DNA of 64,000 bases, taken from assembly GCF_009834535.1 (NCBI RefSeq), contig NC_045700.1:46190001-46254000 (forward strand), given 5' to 3'. Numbering within the stretch: the stretch's first letter is position 1; every line of letters begins with the position of its first letter. The notes below the pieces were generated by a model that saw only the letters and a list, made by a program, of their open reading frames with translations, did no database searches and was not told the origin of the DNA. Origin of the DNA: Camelus ferus. Lineage: Eukaryota. Made by a program: the position numbers and the translations under genes. This document shows positions 1 to 13,504 of this stretch, one piece after another.

Positions 1-292
1 CAACAACTGATTTGCTTCTGTCACTACAGATTAGTTTGCATTTTCTAGAGATTTATACAAGTGGGATCATTCAATAAGCAGTCTTTTGTGGACAGCTCTT
101 TTCACTCAGCATAATTGTTTTGAGATTTGCCAGTGTTACTGTGTGTATCAATAGCTCATATTTTTTCATTTCGGGGTAGTACTCCATTGCGTGGATGTAA
201 CAGAATTGGTTTATCCAAATATCTGTTGATGGACATTTGGATTATTTCCAGGTTTTGGTTGATACAAATGAAAATACGATGAACATTCATGT
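1..292 (-). mobile_element. Old L1 (L1M-type) 3' region fragment
   Basis: Typical antisense L1M text: ttttcactcagcataat...gtagtactccattg...ctgttgatggacatttggattatttccagg. Confidence 0.8.
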
Positions 293-419
293 AAAAAAAA
301 AAAGTAACAGACAACTATACTGTAGAGAAGTGCAAAAATAAAATACGTACATCAAAGAACCCGCACTATTCCCATTTTTCCAGAGAAGCTGCTCTGGCAC
401 AGGTTACCTGTGAGCTAGT

Positions 420-1030
420 TACTGCTAAAACCAGGTCACATTTTTAGGTCCTTGTGTTACATTACCTCTGTAGCACTCAACTTGGTGATGATTCATCCCT
501 GCCGACCCCTCCACCCTCAGCTTCCGTTTGTTTCTTCCTCCTCTTCCCTAGCCAGTACTAACTCATTCCCTGTCTTTGTTGTAGTGCCTAGGCGAATGTT
601 CCTTTTTTTTTTTTGTAGTTTTCTTTCTTAGTGTTTCAAACTTCATGTCACTGATTGTTGCGTTCTCTTTCCCTTTTCCCCAGTTTATCTTTGAAATTCA
701 TTGATAGCTGACTTTGAGATAAAATTTTAAGAATTCTTGCATCTTTCATGTCTATGTTCATTTATTTCTAAGGCATTTGAAACTTTAAAAACAAGGAAGT
801 TGGCAACATGATCACTTGTCTTTGTTTTCTGAGAAAGCAAAAAAAAAAAAAAATCGTTCCGTGGGGTTCCATTTTTAGCTTGTTTTTTTTTATCAGGCAG
901 TCTTCTCTCTCTGAACGATTTCATCTCCCTCATGGATTCAACTGATATGTGTCTCCTGATGGCTCCCAAGCCTGAACCTCCAGCCCCGCTTGCTGACCCT
1001 CAGGCTTCCTGATAGTCCTATTGTCTCCCG
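420..1030 (+). mobile_element. L2 LINE ORF2 remnant (interrupted)
   Basis: From 931, CAT GGA TTC AAC TGA TAT GTG TCT CCT GAT GGC TCC CAA reads HGFN*YVSPDGSQ, a decayed version of the L2 RT motif HGFNYHLYADDSQ. Boundaries approximate. Confidence 0.55.
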
Positions 1031-2881
1031 TTAAGATGTATGTTGTTGAAAATTCACAACCAAGTTTAATTTGTTTGTTCATGTAGTTATGTTTAATCCT
1101 CAGTCAGTGTACATGTGAATATATGTTTAGTCTGTACCATTGTAAATATTGGTGGGGAAATCATTTGTTTCTGCTTTATCCAACTGCTTGATGAAGAATC
1201 ATGTTAACTTCTTTAAGCCAGTTCAGCCATGCTTTTTGAGCATAGCACAATTTGTTGTTTGATGGAACTGTTTTATAAGAGCATCTTTTCAGCTTGTCTG
1301 CCTCTTTTTTTTTGGCTAAAAAGAGGTTTGGACATAGCTATTGGGCAGTGTTTTTACCACATTTTCTTCTATCCTGTGAGTTTCCCCTTCCAAGACAATC
1401 CTGAAACCATCCTCAAGGAAAGCTACAAGCAATTTCTGCATTTTCTTGTTTGGTTTTGGTTTTGATTGTCCTGCGCGTAGCCAGGTCTGCTGTTTTTAGC
1501 TGGAAAAATTCTGGCAACTTTCCTTCAAAATGTGCATGATTGACTTTTGTATATTGTTATAAGAGTCGTAGTTTTGTGTAGTTATAACTCGGGCTTTTCC
1601 CACCCAACATACAAAAAGGTTTGAGGTCATCTGTATCTCCAGAAAGATAAAAGCTCTCTCCAAAATAAACATATGCATACATCCTGTGCTTTTGAGATCT
1701 GCTTTTGTGTGTAGCGCCAAATAACTGTGGTCTGGACCTGTCAGCATCTTCACTGTTGAGTTCACCGTGGAAAGCTTACAGGGTGACACAAGGTGCCACA
1801 GCTTTCAGTGATTCATGTTGTTTTGATGCATGAATTTTTATTGACTAGGACAAAATGTTTGCACTGTGTGTGCACAGACAGGTCCAAATCTCTACCAGGT
1901 AAAGTCTTGGAAGCTATTAAAGTCAGGCAGCTGAAGGCCATTGAAAGAGTGAATGCACCAACAGACTGTCATTCCTACCAAAAAAGCGCATTGCCATTTT
2001 AAAATGTAAAGAAGAAAAATGCATCTATCACCTTTAAAACTTTTAGTTTTGATTGGAATTATGATATAGGGACACTCACTAAAAGGAAGATAGAACTGCT
2101 TAGAGTCTTGCATTTATAAACGAAATATTTGACTTACCACATTTTTGAGCAATTCCGGTAGGAAGCTGCACTAATTTGTGGGAGCCAGTAGGTTTTTTTT
2201 TTTGCAGCCAAAAGAGGAAAACAAAGCTTCTATGGATTCATCAAGAAATCACACTTCCTGGCGTGAATCCTCGGGCGGAAGGGTGCCAGCTGTACGAGCT
2301 GGTGACGTTAGCGTAGTCAGTCCTCGCCAAGGACGCGGCTCCCTGTTTCTGCCGCAGCGCTGACGCCGGGGATTCCCGTCTAACTTTAAAATACCAAATG
2401 TGCAGTATGTTTGCTGCATATAAAAATATTTATGGCCTGCTGGGTTTCGTGAAAAAACTTGACATTGGCCAAGGTGGAAAATAGAAATCTACTGCATATT
2501 CATGTGATGAGTTCTGCGGTTTCGAATTTTTTTAAGAGTTTTTCTTCTCCAATATCTTTCTGTAAAACTGATACTCCGGGTTGAAGCATCCCCTTTATCC
2601 TGCAGCTCTCTTTGCATTCTCATGCGAAATGCCACCAGGGGTGATGAATGCCGTCAGGAAAAGCGCAAGCAAGCGGAGCAGTGAGGGGCGCAGTGAGGGA
2701 GGCTTGGGATCACCGTTTCCATTTCCTGTGTGTCAGTGTAGGACAAGTCTCGGTACTGGGGAGCAGGTAGATCCGAAGCTAGGCTAAGCTGTGAGGTTTT
2801 AAAGCAACTGTTTTGGGGCACCGATCTGTAAGAGGTTCTCACACAGCAACAGAAATAAGGGATGGAGAAAATAGGCTTACC

Positions 2882-3050
2882 TAGGTTTTCCAGGTGAAGT
2901 ACAGGACATCCAGTGACATGCGAATTTCAGATAAAGGACAACAGATTTTTAAATGGAAGTTTGTCCTGATTGTTGCAATAGGACATACAGACACCAAATT
3001 CAAATATAAGAGGGTGTTCTGTATTTGTATTTGCAGAATATGGTAACTCC
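2882..3050. mobile_element. MER53-like palindromic hAT MITE
   Basis: Imperfect inverted arms: tacaggacatccag...gaatttcagataaa on the left, aaattcaaat...gtgttctgtattt...tggtaact on the right. Confidence 0.6.
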
Positions 3051-3480
3051 AGGCTTATCACACTCTTTACAGAAAGAATGCTGGTTAGGGATGGAGAACC
3101 ACTTTAACAAGGTGCTCGGAGAGAGATTATGACTGACCACAGACAGTTTACCTCCCTTTCAAAGAGGGTGACATGAGTTGGCTGTAAGCTTGGCTTTTGT
3201 TGGCACTGTTGGTGTTGTGTGTATGCACAACCACTTCTGTTTGTTGAGCGGGATGTGCGAATCTAGGCCAGGGCTGAGCTACTTGTGCGAACAGAGGAGT
3301 AGCAGCTGATGGCTGTCGCTGGATGGTCCTCTTCTGCCTTTCTCCAAACTGTGCTCAGCCTCTCTGCTAAGTAAACAGTGACCCGGTAGTCAGAGAAAGT
3401 GTGAAGTGTCTCCCAGCTATCAGCCAGCCTGGGGCAGTCACACAGCTCTGGATGGCCCTGATTGAAAATATGGTGGGTAA

Positions 3481-3639
3481 AGGGGGGAAGGTATAGCTCA
3501 GTGGTAGAGCACATGCTTAGCATGCACAAGGTCCCGGGTTCAATCCCCAGTACCTCCATTAAAATAAATAAATAAATAAACCTAATTACCTCCCTCAAAA
3601 ATAAAAAAAATTTTTTTAAGTTAAAAAAAAAGAAATAAA
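3481..3639 (+). mobile_element. Camelid tRNA-derived SINE (Vic-1-like)
   Basis: A box tagctcagtgg, B box ggttcaatcc, (aaat)n-cctaattacctccc tail, then an A-rich tail. 17-bp TSD gaaaatat(g/a)gtgggtaa at 3464-3480 and 3640-3656. Confidence 0.9.
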
Positions 3640-3656
3640 GAAAATATAGTGGGTAA

Positions 3657-3870
3657 GAGTGCAGTCCAAGGACCAGTTTCCAGTTCCGGGCTACTCCCTC
3701 CGACTGAGATTGGGGGAAGGTTACTGAACACTTCCAAGCTCAGTTTCCCCACCTGCAGGGTCATACTACCTACCTTAAGACTGTTGGGAGGATTACATGA
3801 GTTAGTATATATAAAGCAAGCACATGGATTGGGCCCTAATAAGAACACAATAAATTCCAGCTGTTATTTT
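3657..3870 (+). mobile_element. MIR SINE
   Basis: MIR core-like ctcagtttccccacctgca...gttgggaggattacatgagttagtatatataaagc. Confidence 0.7.
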
Positions 3871-6039
3871 TGCTGTTATTTCCCAAAACATAGTGCATGC
3901 AAGGTTGTATTATGGTTGTTTACCTAGAGGTCTTTCTTGTTTGAATGTACACAGTTTGAGGAGATGGAATACATTCTCTTCATGTTGTGTCCACAGCATA
4001 ATGACATGGTGACATGCAGTAAGCACTGGGTGAATGTTAAGTTGAAGAGTATTAACATCTATCGTCCCCATGGATTTAGGGAGTCCCCCACACCCTGTTG
4101 GTTCCTTAGCAGTCACACCTACAGAACCAGTTCTCTAGGCCAGAACTTCCCAAGAGAAGTGCAGTCTTGTCACATCTCAAAGACTGACCCCCACAGCCTT
4201 TGGGGTGGCCCAAGCTTCAGCAGGTGGCTTGAGGGAATGTGTCAGTTTACCCCGGTAATTTTCTATGAGGGCCATGAATTTTAAAAAAGGTTGAAAGGCA
4301 CTGTTCTAGGCTGTAAAACATTCAGTTGTTACAAAATAATACATGTAGTTTGGTACAATTAAAAAAAAATAAAACAGGTTTTAGATTTTAGCTAGCTAGC
4401 TTGCTAAAGATTGGAAAGATACACAGTGGATTGAGGTCGTTTGACATTCTAATCATGGGTGATTTTTTCCCCCAATATTTTTCCCAAATGCATTTTGGTA
4501 ATTAAGAGAGGATAAACTCTCATAAATGTTATTTAAAAACATTTTTAATGTTATTTTTAAAATGTTAATTTACACACACCTCCAAGTAAGTAAGCAGGAA
4601 CACCTGACAATGAGGTAAGGTAGATACGGTTGTTATATTGTAAGCCACCGAGTAGCCTTCAGTGAGGGTTAAGTAATTTTATACAGTTAATGCATGAAGA
4701 AAAATGTCTGTTTCTCAAGGAAAAATAAACAGCTGTCCATCCAGTAGAAAGTAATGATTGTTGAAACTTAGACCTTAATGCGGAGAGATTTGAATTCAGA
4801 GAATAAAAATAAACATTTAAAATAGAGTAAAAGTTTAAAATTCATTACAAAATGAACTTAATGAATTAATAACTCATTAAATACTTAATAAGTTTGTTGA
4901 ATGAATAAGTGAATAACCAAGCACCTACTATGTGTCAGGCACTGTGCTAGTCATATGTGGTCCCTGTGCTAAAGTTGCCTGGGGGAAGAGTCAAGTTTAT
5001 TTTCTTATCAGACATTTTGTGTTCTTTATTCACTTGTACTGGTGGTGTTCTAAACCCAGGATTACTAGTAGGGAATGGCAAGGACCTGCTTTCTGAATCT
5101 GCTCAGCACCCAAGTCTTCCAGGAAATGTCAGTAGCCACGTCTTGATCTCTTTCTTGGGTTAAAGTCATCAGGTTGACTTCCATCGGAATGGCTGGACTG
5201 TTCTCCGTTTCATTTAGTAATCTTGGCCCACCCAGAAATGCGGTGCTACTTTTTGCACATTTACATTGGTCTTTAAAGATCATTCCTGTTGCCTTGGTAT
5301 TTTCTTTCTCATATAAGTTCATGGGTACCTGAAAAATCCAGACTTTTCACTGTACAAGATGACATATTAATGTTAGAGGGAATCAATATTGTAAGCAAGA
5401 AATCGTGCCACATGAGTAACAAACCATAATCATAAACACATATAGAGAGTTTACTATTTTAATTAAATAAAACTACAATAAAAATGATCTGGCACCTTTC
5501 ATGATTTACATATTTGTTCTTGGACAGCATTGTAATTAGGGACAAATGGTTCATATGATGTTCATACAAACGACTATAATTAGGATTACTTTCAAGAAGT
5601 CAAGCTACATTTTTAGTTTTCTTTATTCAGTGTACCCTTTCATCATCTTCACACACCCACTGACACTTGCAGATGAGAAAAGACAAAGTCCAGAATCTTA
5701 CTCATCAACAGCTGGAGGGCCCTGCCTTGTTCTCCATCTCTCCCTGCCCCAGCCTTGAGTGTCCCTGCGTCCTCTCCCTGTGTCTCTCCTGCCTTCCCAA
5801 CCTCCACTCTCCAACACCAGCACCTTTTCAATTGGAGCTGCATCCTGCTCTGTCCCTGCTGCCCTGCAGCTGGGAACAAGGCTACAGGGGCTCTAGAACC
5901 AGAGGAATGGGAATTACCCAGTGACATGGGGAAGCAGACAGACTGACCACATAATCACCGTTCAGGGAGTGTACGAACTGGCTTTGCATCTCTGATATCT
6001 AGGAAGCACCTGCAGAGAGGTGGGGTGAGGAAGGTTATC

Positions 6040-6180
6040 TAAGTAAGGGGCATGTATTGCATACTGTCCAAACCAGGAGTTTTGAGAGTGAATGGGGGCT
6101 TTATTAATAATTTCACTGGGACTATAGGTATAAGCCATGTACTGTCCCAGGAAAGACCAGACTTAGTGTCACATTACCTC
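6040..6180. mobile_element. MER94-like hAT-Blackjack MITE
   Basis: gtccaaaccagga..ttttgagagtgaa.ggggg...tattaataatt...actgtccc resembles the recalled consensus. Confidence 0.5.
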
Positions 6181-8264
6181 TAAATGGGCACTGGGGAGAG
6201 AGGAGAAGAGAGTTATGGTTATTGTCACACCTGAATGAACATGACATATGGAGCCCGAAAGCTCTGTCCTAATTACCTTTTGTCCCTTTCTCCTCTGGTT
6301 CAGTCCCTGCTGGAAGACTCATTTCCAAAATGATGGCTCTGATTTTTTTCAGTCTCTTTATAATCTCTGCTGGTCCCCCATGCTTAGCAGAATCAAGTCT
6401 ATACCCTCACTGGCTGGCATTCTAGCCTTGCCCTTGTGGGGTTCCAGTCTTACTTCTCAGTTTCCCTTTTTAAGAAATCTTTGGAACTTCAAATCATTGG
6501 ATCTGTTGGATGCTCTTGGCCTATAATTTCTTACCTCCATGCCCTTGCTCATGCTTTATCATCTTGTTGCCTGGAAACCTTCTACCCTCTGTTTGTGCTT
6601 ATACAATTTCTGCCCACTCTCCATGACCCAGCTCAAATATGAGCTAAAATGCTGTGGAAAGCTGACAATTGGAAGAAAAAAGTCTTCTGTGAAGACTTCT
6701 CTACTGACTCTTGTCTCTGAACCCCCAGGAGCCTTCATATCGACCTCTGTGTACCTTTAGATACATCCCTATGACTGCATTCAGCCTTGCATTGTCATCA
6801 TCCAGGTAGAGGTCTTAGAACCCCTTAGAGGTCAGAAGTTGTTTTAGGGCAGAATCAAAGTCTTATTCTTCCTGTAACTCTCAGAAAACTTTTCATTGTA
6901 CTTGGCACTTGTTTGACATGCAACAGACTTGTTTTGACTTGTTGAATGAAAAGGGTTAGAGACAAATTCAGAATTCGGATGCCCTTTATCTCTGCTTGGT
7001 GAAGAAAAGCTGTAGGACAAAAGTACTTCCTGTTGCACTTTCTCAGAGACTTGGGGCTGGGATTGGGGTGAGCATCTGATTCTTGCTGTTCCTGAGGATT
7101 GGCTCCCTATTCCTCAAAGGAGGACTAGAAGAGCTGGACAAGCTTCTGTCTCTTGGGAAGTCTGTTATCTCTCAAACTAGAGCTGTGTCTTTGGCATAGA
7201 TGGGGAGTCCCAATATCCTGTTACTAAATGGACCATATACAACTGTAACAAGGCCCCTTTCTGATATTGGCATTGGCCAGCCTCTGGCCCTTTGGGAACT
7301 CTGTCTCTAGGCATCTTGTTGCCTGAGTAGTCATAACTGCTGGCTGCAATAACTCAAACCTTGCCTGAAATTATATGCAATGCTGGCTTTCTTTTTATTA
7401 AATCAGCATTCTAGATACCAGCTCACCTGGGCCTGGACTATTAATTCTGATCACTTTGAAAACAACAACAAAAAAATGACTAACAACAAAAAGAAAGACT
7501 GTCAAATTGAATCTTCATGCCTAACTAATCCTAATCCTTGCCATATGTCCTTGGCACAAGTCATGTTGCTGCCTGGGGCGTTTCATTTTCTGCAGTGAGG
7601 CATGCTGGAAATTTGTGTTGGTGAGGACTGCTCCTGCCATTTTATGCTATGAAGGGCTACCAAAAGCGGTTTCCAAAAAGAATGAAATTCAAGGCATCTG
7701 TTTTCCCTGGCATTTGTGGTGTTGAAACTATGGAAATGAGGTGTCTTAGACTTGGTGGGTATGATTAAAAGTTTGAGTCTAGCAAAAATTTATCAAAAAA
7801 TTATATTCAATATTTTCTCTGCTATCCAACTCTAGATTTATTTAACACTTGACTCACTATTAAAGCCTGAGCACTGTGAAAGGAGAATTTGACTTATGTG
7901 TCAGAAATGCATCCTACCATGCCCTACGTAATCTTTGGTTTACTAATAACTTCAGCTAAGAGGACCCTTTACTACATAATCGTTAGTTTATGGGTCATAG
8001 CAGCTATACTGTACAGAAAATGTCACTCCTAGCAAACTCCTGAGAGTACTTTGACTTAGCAGTAGATCTGGAAAGCCCAGCCTCATTTTAGGTAAGATAT
8101 TTTGATTCTGAACTACAAAGTAATTATAGGGCAGCACTTGGACATAGTACCTGAATTTATTTTTACCTATTATTGTCTTAATGTATATAACTCTTCTTAG
8201 AACATAGACTCTTCTAAAGATGGACAAAACCTCAGAGAAAATTTAAGCCCATAGCTCCCTTTCT

Positions 8265-8340
8265 GGATATGAGGAAACCAAGGCCCAGAGAGGTTAAGCA
8301 ACTTGCTCAAGGTAGTACAGCTTGTTAGTGGTAGTGCTTA
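8265..8340 (-). mobile_element. MIR fragment
   Basis: gaggaaaccaaggcccagagaggttaagcaacttgctcaaggt. Confidence 0.65.
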
Positions 8341-8480
8341 CAGAGGTGACCTAGTGTCATTTCCACCACATTCTATTGGTCGTAGGGTCAGTCTAGATTC
8401 ATGAGGAGGGGAAATTAAGTCTAACTTTTTGATGGAGATAATGACGAAGCGTTTGTGGCCATCTTTCAATACACCATGCT
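8340..8480. mobile_element. MaLR (MLT1-type) LTR fragment
   Basis: catttccaccacattctattggtc...gtctagattcatgaggagggg...gtttgtggccatcttt. Confidence 0.45.
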
Positions 8481-8529
8481 CATAAAGTGGAAATTTTGTT
8501 TCATAACATTTTAGACTCTGTGGAGGTAT

Positions 8530-9770
8530 GTACTGCCTATTTTAATTGGAAAATTTTTAGCCATTCTTTCTTTGAATATTTACTTTTCTTTCCTATTTTC
8601 TCTATCTTTCTTTTGAGACTTCAATTACAAGTATATTAAAGTCTTGTTACTATCCCACAGGCCACTGAGTTTCTGTTCATTATTTTTTTATGCTTTTTTC
8701 TTTCCATGCTTCTTTTTTGAATAATTTCTACTGTCTCTCTTAAAGTTCACTGATTTGTTTTTCTGCAGTGCCCAATCTACTCTTAAGTTCATCCAATGAA
8801 TTTTTTTCTTTTCATATTTTGTATTTTTCATTTTTAAAATTTTCATTTGCTTCTCTTTTGACCTTATCTGTTTATCTCCTGATATTCCTAGCTCTTCTCT
8901 CCTTATGTTAATCTTCTCTTCTAAGTCTTTAAACATATTTTTAATAGCTGTTTTAAAGTCCTTGTTTGGTATTTTCAATATCTCTACCATCTCTGGGTCT
9001 GTTTCCATGGACGTTTCCCGATTATGAGGTGCATTTTCCTGTTTCCTCACATATGTGGTAATTTCTGATTGTATGCTAGACATTATGATCCTCTGATATT
9101 GAGAGTCTGGAGTTACTTTATTTAAAGCATGTTAGCTTCTATTTTCATAGGCAGTAAACTTACTGACCAATCTGATTGTTTCTATTGAGTCTTATTTTTA
9201 AGGCTTTCTAGGGTAGTTCTAAGTTTGGGGCTAGAATGGTCTTTTTTTGAGTCTCAGTTGAATGTCCAGGATGATCAGTGAGGTCTGTCTTCTCTGGCTG
9301 CTCAGGGCTGCTATATCTCTCACCACTGTGTGACCTCCAGAATCTCCATTCAGCTTCTACTCCTCTGGAGCTGTTGCCTGCCAGTCTTCTCCGTGAGTAT
9401 TAGCCTGCACACTTGCAGCTAATGAGTCAAAAAGACTCCTATGCTAAATTTTGGAACCCTTTCAATAAACAGTTTCCTTCTCTCTGGTTCACTTCACTGC
9501 AGATTTCAGCCACTTCAGCATCCCTGAATTCTCATTGCTGCCCCAACAGCCCCATGAGACCGCCATGCACTACGTGGGCTCTCCCTCCCTGTCTGAGTTC
9601 CAGAAAGTGTCTCCAGGCAAAGTATCAAGGCTAATGTGTGGATCACCTCTTGTGTTTCCGTTCTTTCTGGAATAATAGTTCGTGTTATCCAGTGTCTGAG
9701 AGCAGTTGCTTCGTGTATTTTGTTCAACTTTTACATTGTTTACTGAGACACCAGTTACTCCATCATAACA
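8530..9770 (-). mobile_element. Old L1/HAL1 5' region with decayed ORF1
   Basis: Minus-strand ORF 8688-9083 (METDPEMVEILKIPNKDFKTAIKNMFKDLEEKINI...) resembles the L1 ORF1p coiled-coil region. T-rich + strand. Confidence 0.75.
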
Positions 9771-10899
9771 GGAGTAGTTCTCTTCATTTGGTATTGAAGC
9801 AATAGATTTTTTTAATAAATAAAAAATTCCTTACATTAAAAAAATATAAATTGCCATTCTACATATTGCTTAAGTGATTAATCTGTAGCATCAGATATAG
9901 AGATGATTTTGTTAGTGAACCAAAGACATCTGTAAGGCCTTCTTTGACTGTTGGCTAATATTTGTGGTTCAGTAAGAGGTTGATGAGTTGACTAAATAAA
10001 TTCTAGTTGCAAACCTTTGGTTTAGGTCAAAATGATGCCTTTCTTGACTGGCTAAGTTCTTTTTTCTGTCCTTTCTTGGGTTCTCTGCTAGAAGCCCTGG
10101 GACTCTTGTTATTTTGTCCTCCTACCTGAGTTCTACTTCCTTATGAGCACTGAACACTCAGACTTCCATAATCATCACAGATCTAGAGACCTGTCTTCAC
10201 CCAGTGTGTCTACATACCAAATTTTCTATTCCTATCTATTTATCAATTAAGGTAAAATTCAGGCCTACCTCCTCCCAATTTAAATATACGTATATCCACT
10301 ACAAGTATTACAGGGCAGGAGAGATTAGTCACCACAAGAACAGCTTGATTGTCTCAACACAGGAATAATGAACTCCGTTGTAGTTGTCAGTGCTTTATCT
10401 ATATTCTAGTTTAGGATCATTTTCAGTCTGGGCCTGGTTTAATGGATTTATTTGAGTGCATATCTTCAAAAAATGGTACTTTCCCCTCTTTGTTTCTGGG
10501 ATATAGCTTTAGAACTACATTATTTCCATTTCCCACATGGTTTTTACCTTCAGAAAAGTCGGTAGTAATATCCCATTTTTGAATATTTAGGTTAATCAAA
10601 TTAGTCATGAAAATTAGCATGGGCTCACCTGAGGGGAAATATAAATGGATCCTATGAGAAATCTTGTTGTATAGATAAGCTGTTCTCTTTTTTTTAATGA
10701 AATGATTCTTTGTGCTTCTTTCGCTGAGAACACTGAAAGTCTGATTCATTATTACTCCAATTGGCAAGTGTGGTTGAGAAGAGTGGAATTTTTGCAGGTA
10801 GTTTCTTAACCAGATGGTAATATAATTTTCTTTGAAATGTTACTCACTTTTAATAATAATAACACATTCACATGTACAAATACAGAAGGCACAAAAGTA

Positions 10900-11350
10900 C
10901 ATTTATTCTTTCAACAATGTTCATTGGGCACCTACTGTTCAAGGTATTGCAGATACAGCAGCAATCCAAACAAAAAAATCCCTGCTTTCATGGAGCTTAC
11001 ATTCTAGTGGTGGCAATCATCAAAATAAATAGTAAAGTATCTGTTATTGTAAATATTATGTTAGAAAGTGTTGAAGAATTCTGGGTAAAAGTGGGTTAGG
11101 TGCTGCTGAGAGGACTAGGATTTTAAGTCAGGTGGTCAGGAGAGGCTTGGCTGAGAAGAGAATTTGGGCTCAGACTTGCAGTGGGTGGAGGGGGCAATTA
11201 CAGATGTCTCAGTAAAGAGCATCTGTGGCAGAAGGAGGAGCTATAATGAGGCTCTCAGGTGGGGCAGCAGAGACACCTGTGTGTCTGGAGACACGAGAGT
11301 AAGAGGAGACCAGGAGGAGGTTCTAAAGGAAGTAGGTGACTGGGGTGGGG
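10900..11350 (-). mobile_element. L2 3' fragment
   Basis: attctttcaacaatgttcattgggcacctact...ccctgctttcatggagcttacattctagtgg. Confidence 0.65.
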
Positions 11351-12939
11351 CGCGGGGACTGATGACCCACCATCATCATCATCGTAGCATACCCACTTCC
11401 CTTTGAAAGTCGGCGATTTTCAACCAGCTGATCCAGGGAGAGGAAGACATTTTCAAAACTCCCTGCTCAAAATGTGTTTCCCTCTGCCCCTGCTCATGGG
11501 TGTGTATCCAGTGCCTCAGGTGGGTTGGAATGGATAAAAGATTGAGAATAAAGCAGTGTCCTCCCTTCATCTCCCCCATACTCAGCCATCCTTTTTCCTC
11601 CCTTTGTTTCTCCTTCAAGGGATCTCCTTCTTGTTGCCCCAGAATTGGGAGTGCTAAGAAAAGATGATCAAAAAGATCTGACTCAAGAGAGTCCCATTTC
11701 CTGATCTCTAATTCTCACAACCCAAGGGTCTTAAGGGCTCTTCAAATATTTAGTTGTAGCGGTGGCAATTTTTTTGAACAGAGTCATCTCACATCTGAAT
11801 GTAGCACTAAGTACTGTGGAATGATTTTTGAGAGCGTCTGCATACCATGGTGCAAATTACATGAAAAAAAAAAAAGCCATCATTTCAAACTTATCTGCAA
11901 AGCATTTTTAAAGAAGCATCAGTTATCTGAGTCATCCCAGAAGTCTTTCTAAAAGTTTAAAGAGCCAAAAGAAATTTTTTTTTAACTTAATGCTAATAGG
12001 GCAAGCATGTTACCTAGGGGAAATGATGGGAGCGTTCTACTTCATGCGCTGCTTGGGGTCCAGTCAGCATCCAGTTTGGCTGGGGTCTGAGGACCTCTGG
12101 CTGCCGTGTGCCATGGAGAGGTTTGTGCCCAGTCTGATGATACTGCACTGAGTTTAGATGTTCATGTACAGTCAGAGAAGATTTTTTGAAAAGAGTCTGT
12201 TAAAATTGGGCAAAGCTGGACTTTGATTTTGTATTTGTAATAAGACAAATTGTAGCACACTGAGCCTGGTCAAAAGGTTTCCCTCTCTCTCTTACACCAA
12301 CAAATGCAGGGTCAGCATTATTTAGATAATAGCAAGGCTGCTCCTGCCAGCGGCCTGAAGGCAGGCTTTTTCAACCATCCTGGGCCCCAGAGCTGGCATC
12401 TCTCTCTCTTGCTTAGACATACAACAGACTGGTTGTCTGCCAAAGGGAGGTGGAGATATTCTGACCCCTCCTGTTGCTCTCCTCAGGGCCAAAATGGTGG
12501 TGACCTCCTGTCGGAACCCACTTATCCCATTTGGGACCCTGGGGGGCTGTTTTCTCTTCACTCTTTTATAGAGACAAAAGCAGGCAGGCATGCTTTCTAA
12601 ATAGGGAGGCATTAGGCCAGGGATTTGCAGACTTAACATCTCCTGCTCCCTGGTGGCAGCTGTGCGGGCCGCCGTATTCTGAAAGGGTCACAGAGGTTGC
12701 GGTGTGCTTGTGACAGCCAGGCTCAGCTGTGAGGATAAAGAGCTCCAGTTGCACCTGGTGTCTCCGGATCCATTCAGGGGATATTTTTCTGAAAGTCACC
12801 CTGAACACGGGCAGAATCAAGGGCCAAAAGAGAACTTTGGCAATTGGTTGAGTGGACGGATGTGCTCAAGCAGTGCGTGTGCGTGTGCGGGTGCGTGTTT
12901 AAAGAAAAAAATATTCACCAGTACTTGTTCAAGATAGTG

Positions 12940-13360
12940 AGCAGACTTGATTCAGAACCGTTGAGACAGGTGTAGGGACCACTGCCATAGGTTTTACAGT
13001 GGGAAAAAGATGAACAGCATGGACAGGTGGGAATTTACAGCCAAGAAGCAGGGGATGTGTGTGTGTAGGGGGGTGGTGTCAGTGGATGGAAGATTACTAA
13101 GAGGAAACTTCAGGGGTCGGGGGGATTCTGCTAAACTGACTTGACAGTGTTCTTGCTGAAGACAAGGGTGATCAGCTACCATCTGGGTGATGGTGGAGGA
13201 TGAGGAACCCAATCAGATATTCAGGGTTGTCAGATATCAAGGTTGGGGTTTCTGGTTAAACTGACTTTTTAGTAGGATTCTTGCCAAAACTGTATTTTAC
13301 AAGGAAGTGCACAGATTGGTCTAGGAAAACGTACAGGAGTCTGCCTAAAGTTTGGTGAAC
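12940..13360. mobile_element. ERV-class solo LTR relic (family uncertain)
   Basis: ggattcttgccaaaactg...acaaggaagtgcacaga...ctaaagtttggt resembles eutherian MER/LTR consensus text. Confidence 0.5.
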
Positions 13361-13374
13361 AGAGAATCTTTATC

Positions 13375-13473
13375 AGTGTGTATGTATGTGTTTGTGTGTG
13401 TGTTTGTACATGTGTGTATGTATCTGTATATATCTCTGTACGTATGGGTGTGTACGTATGTATCTGTGTGTTC

Positions 13474-13500
<27 letters not shown>
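13375..13500. repeat. TG/TA-rich low-complexity tract ending in about (TG)13
   Basis: Seen directly; pure GT run at 13474-13500. Confidence 0.95.

Positions 13501-13504
<4 letters not shown>

Noticed and set aside
2882-3050. MER53-derived miRNA hairpin
   Set aside because: The arms are too degenerate to claim a stable precursor, and there is no expression evidence.
3481-3560. tRNA gene (also at 26210, 55260, 62740)
   Set aside because: A and B boxes are present, but each is followed by a SINE tail, some have TSDs, and the copies diverge; these are SINE heads.
8688-9083. 131-aa coiled-coil ORF as a host gene
   Set aside because: It lies within an L1/HAL1 ORF1 relic and is truncated.
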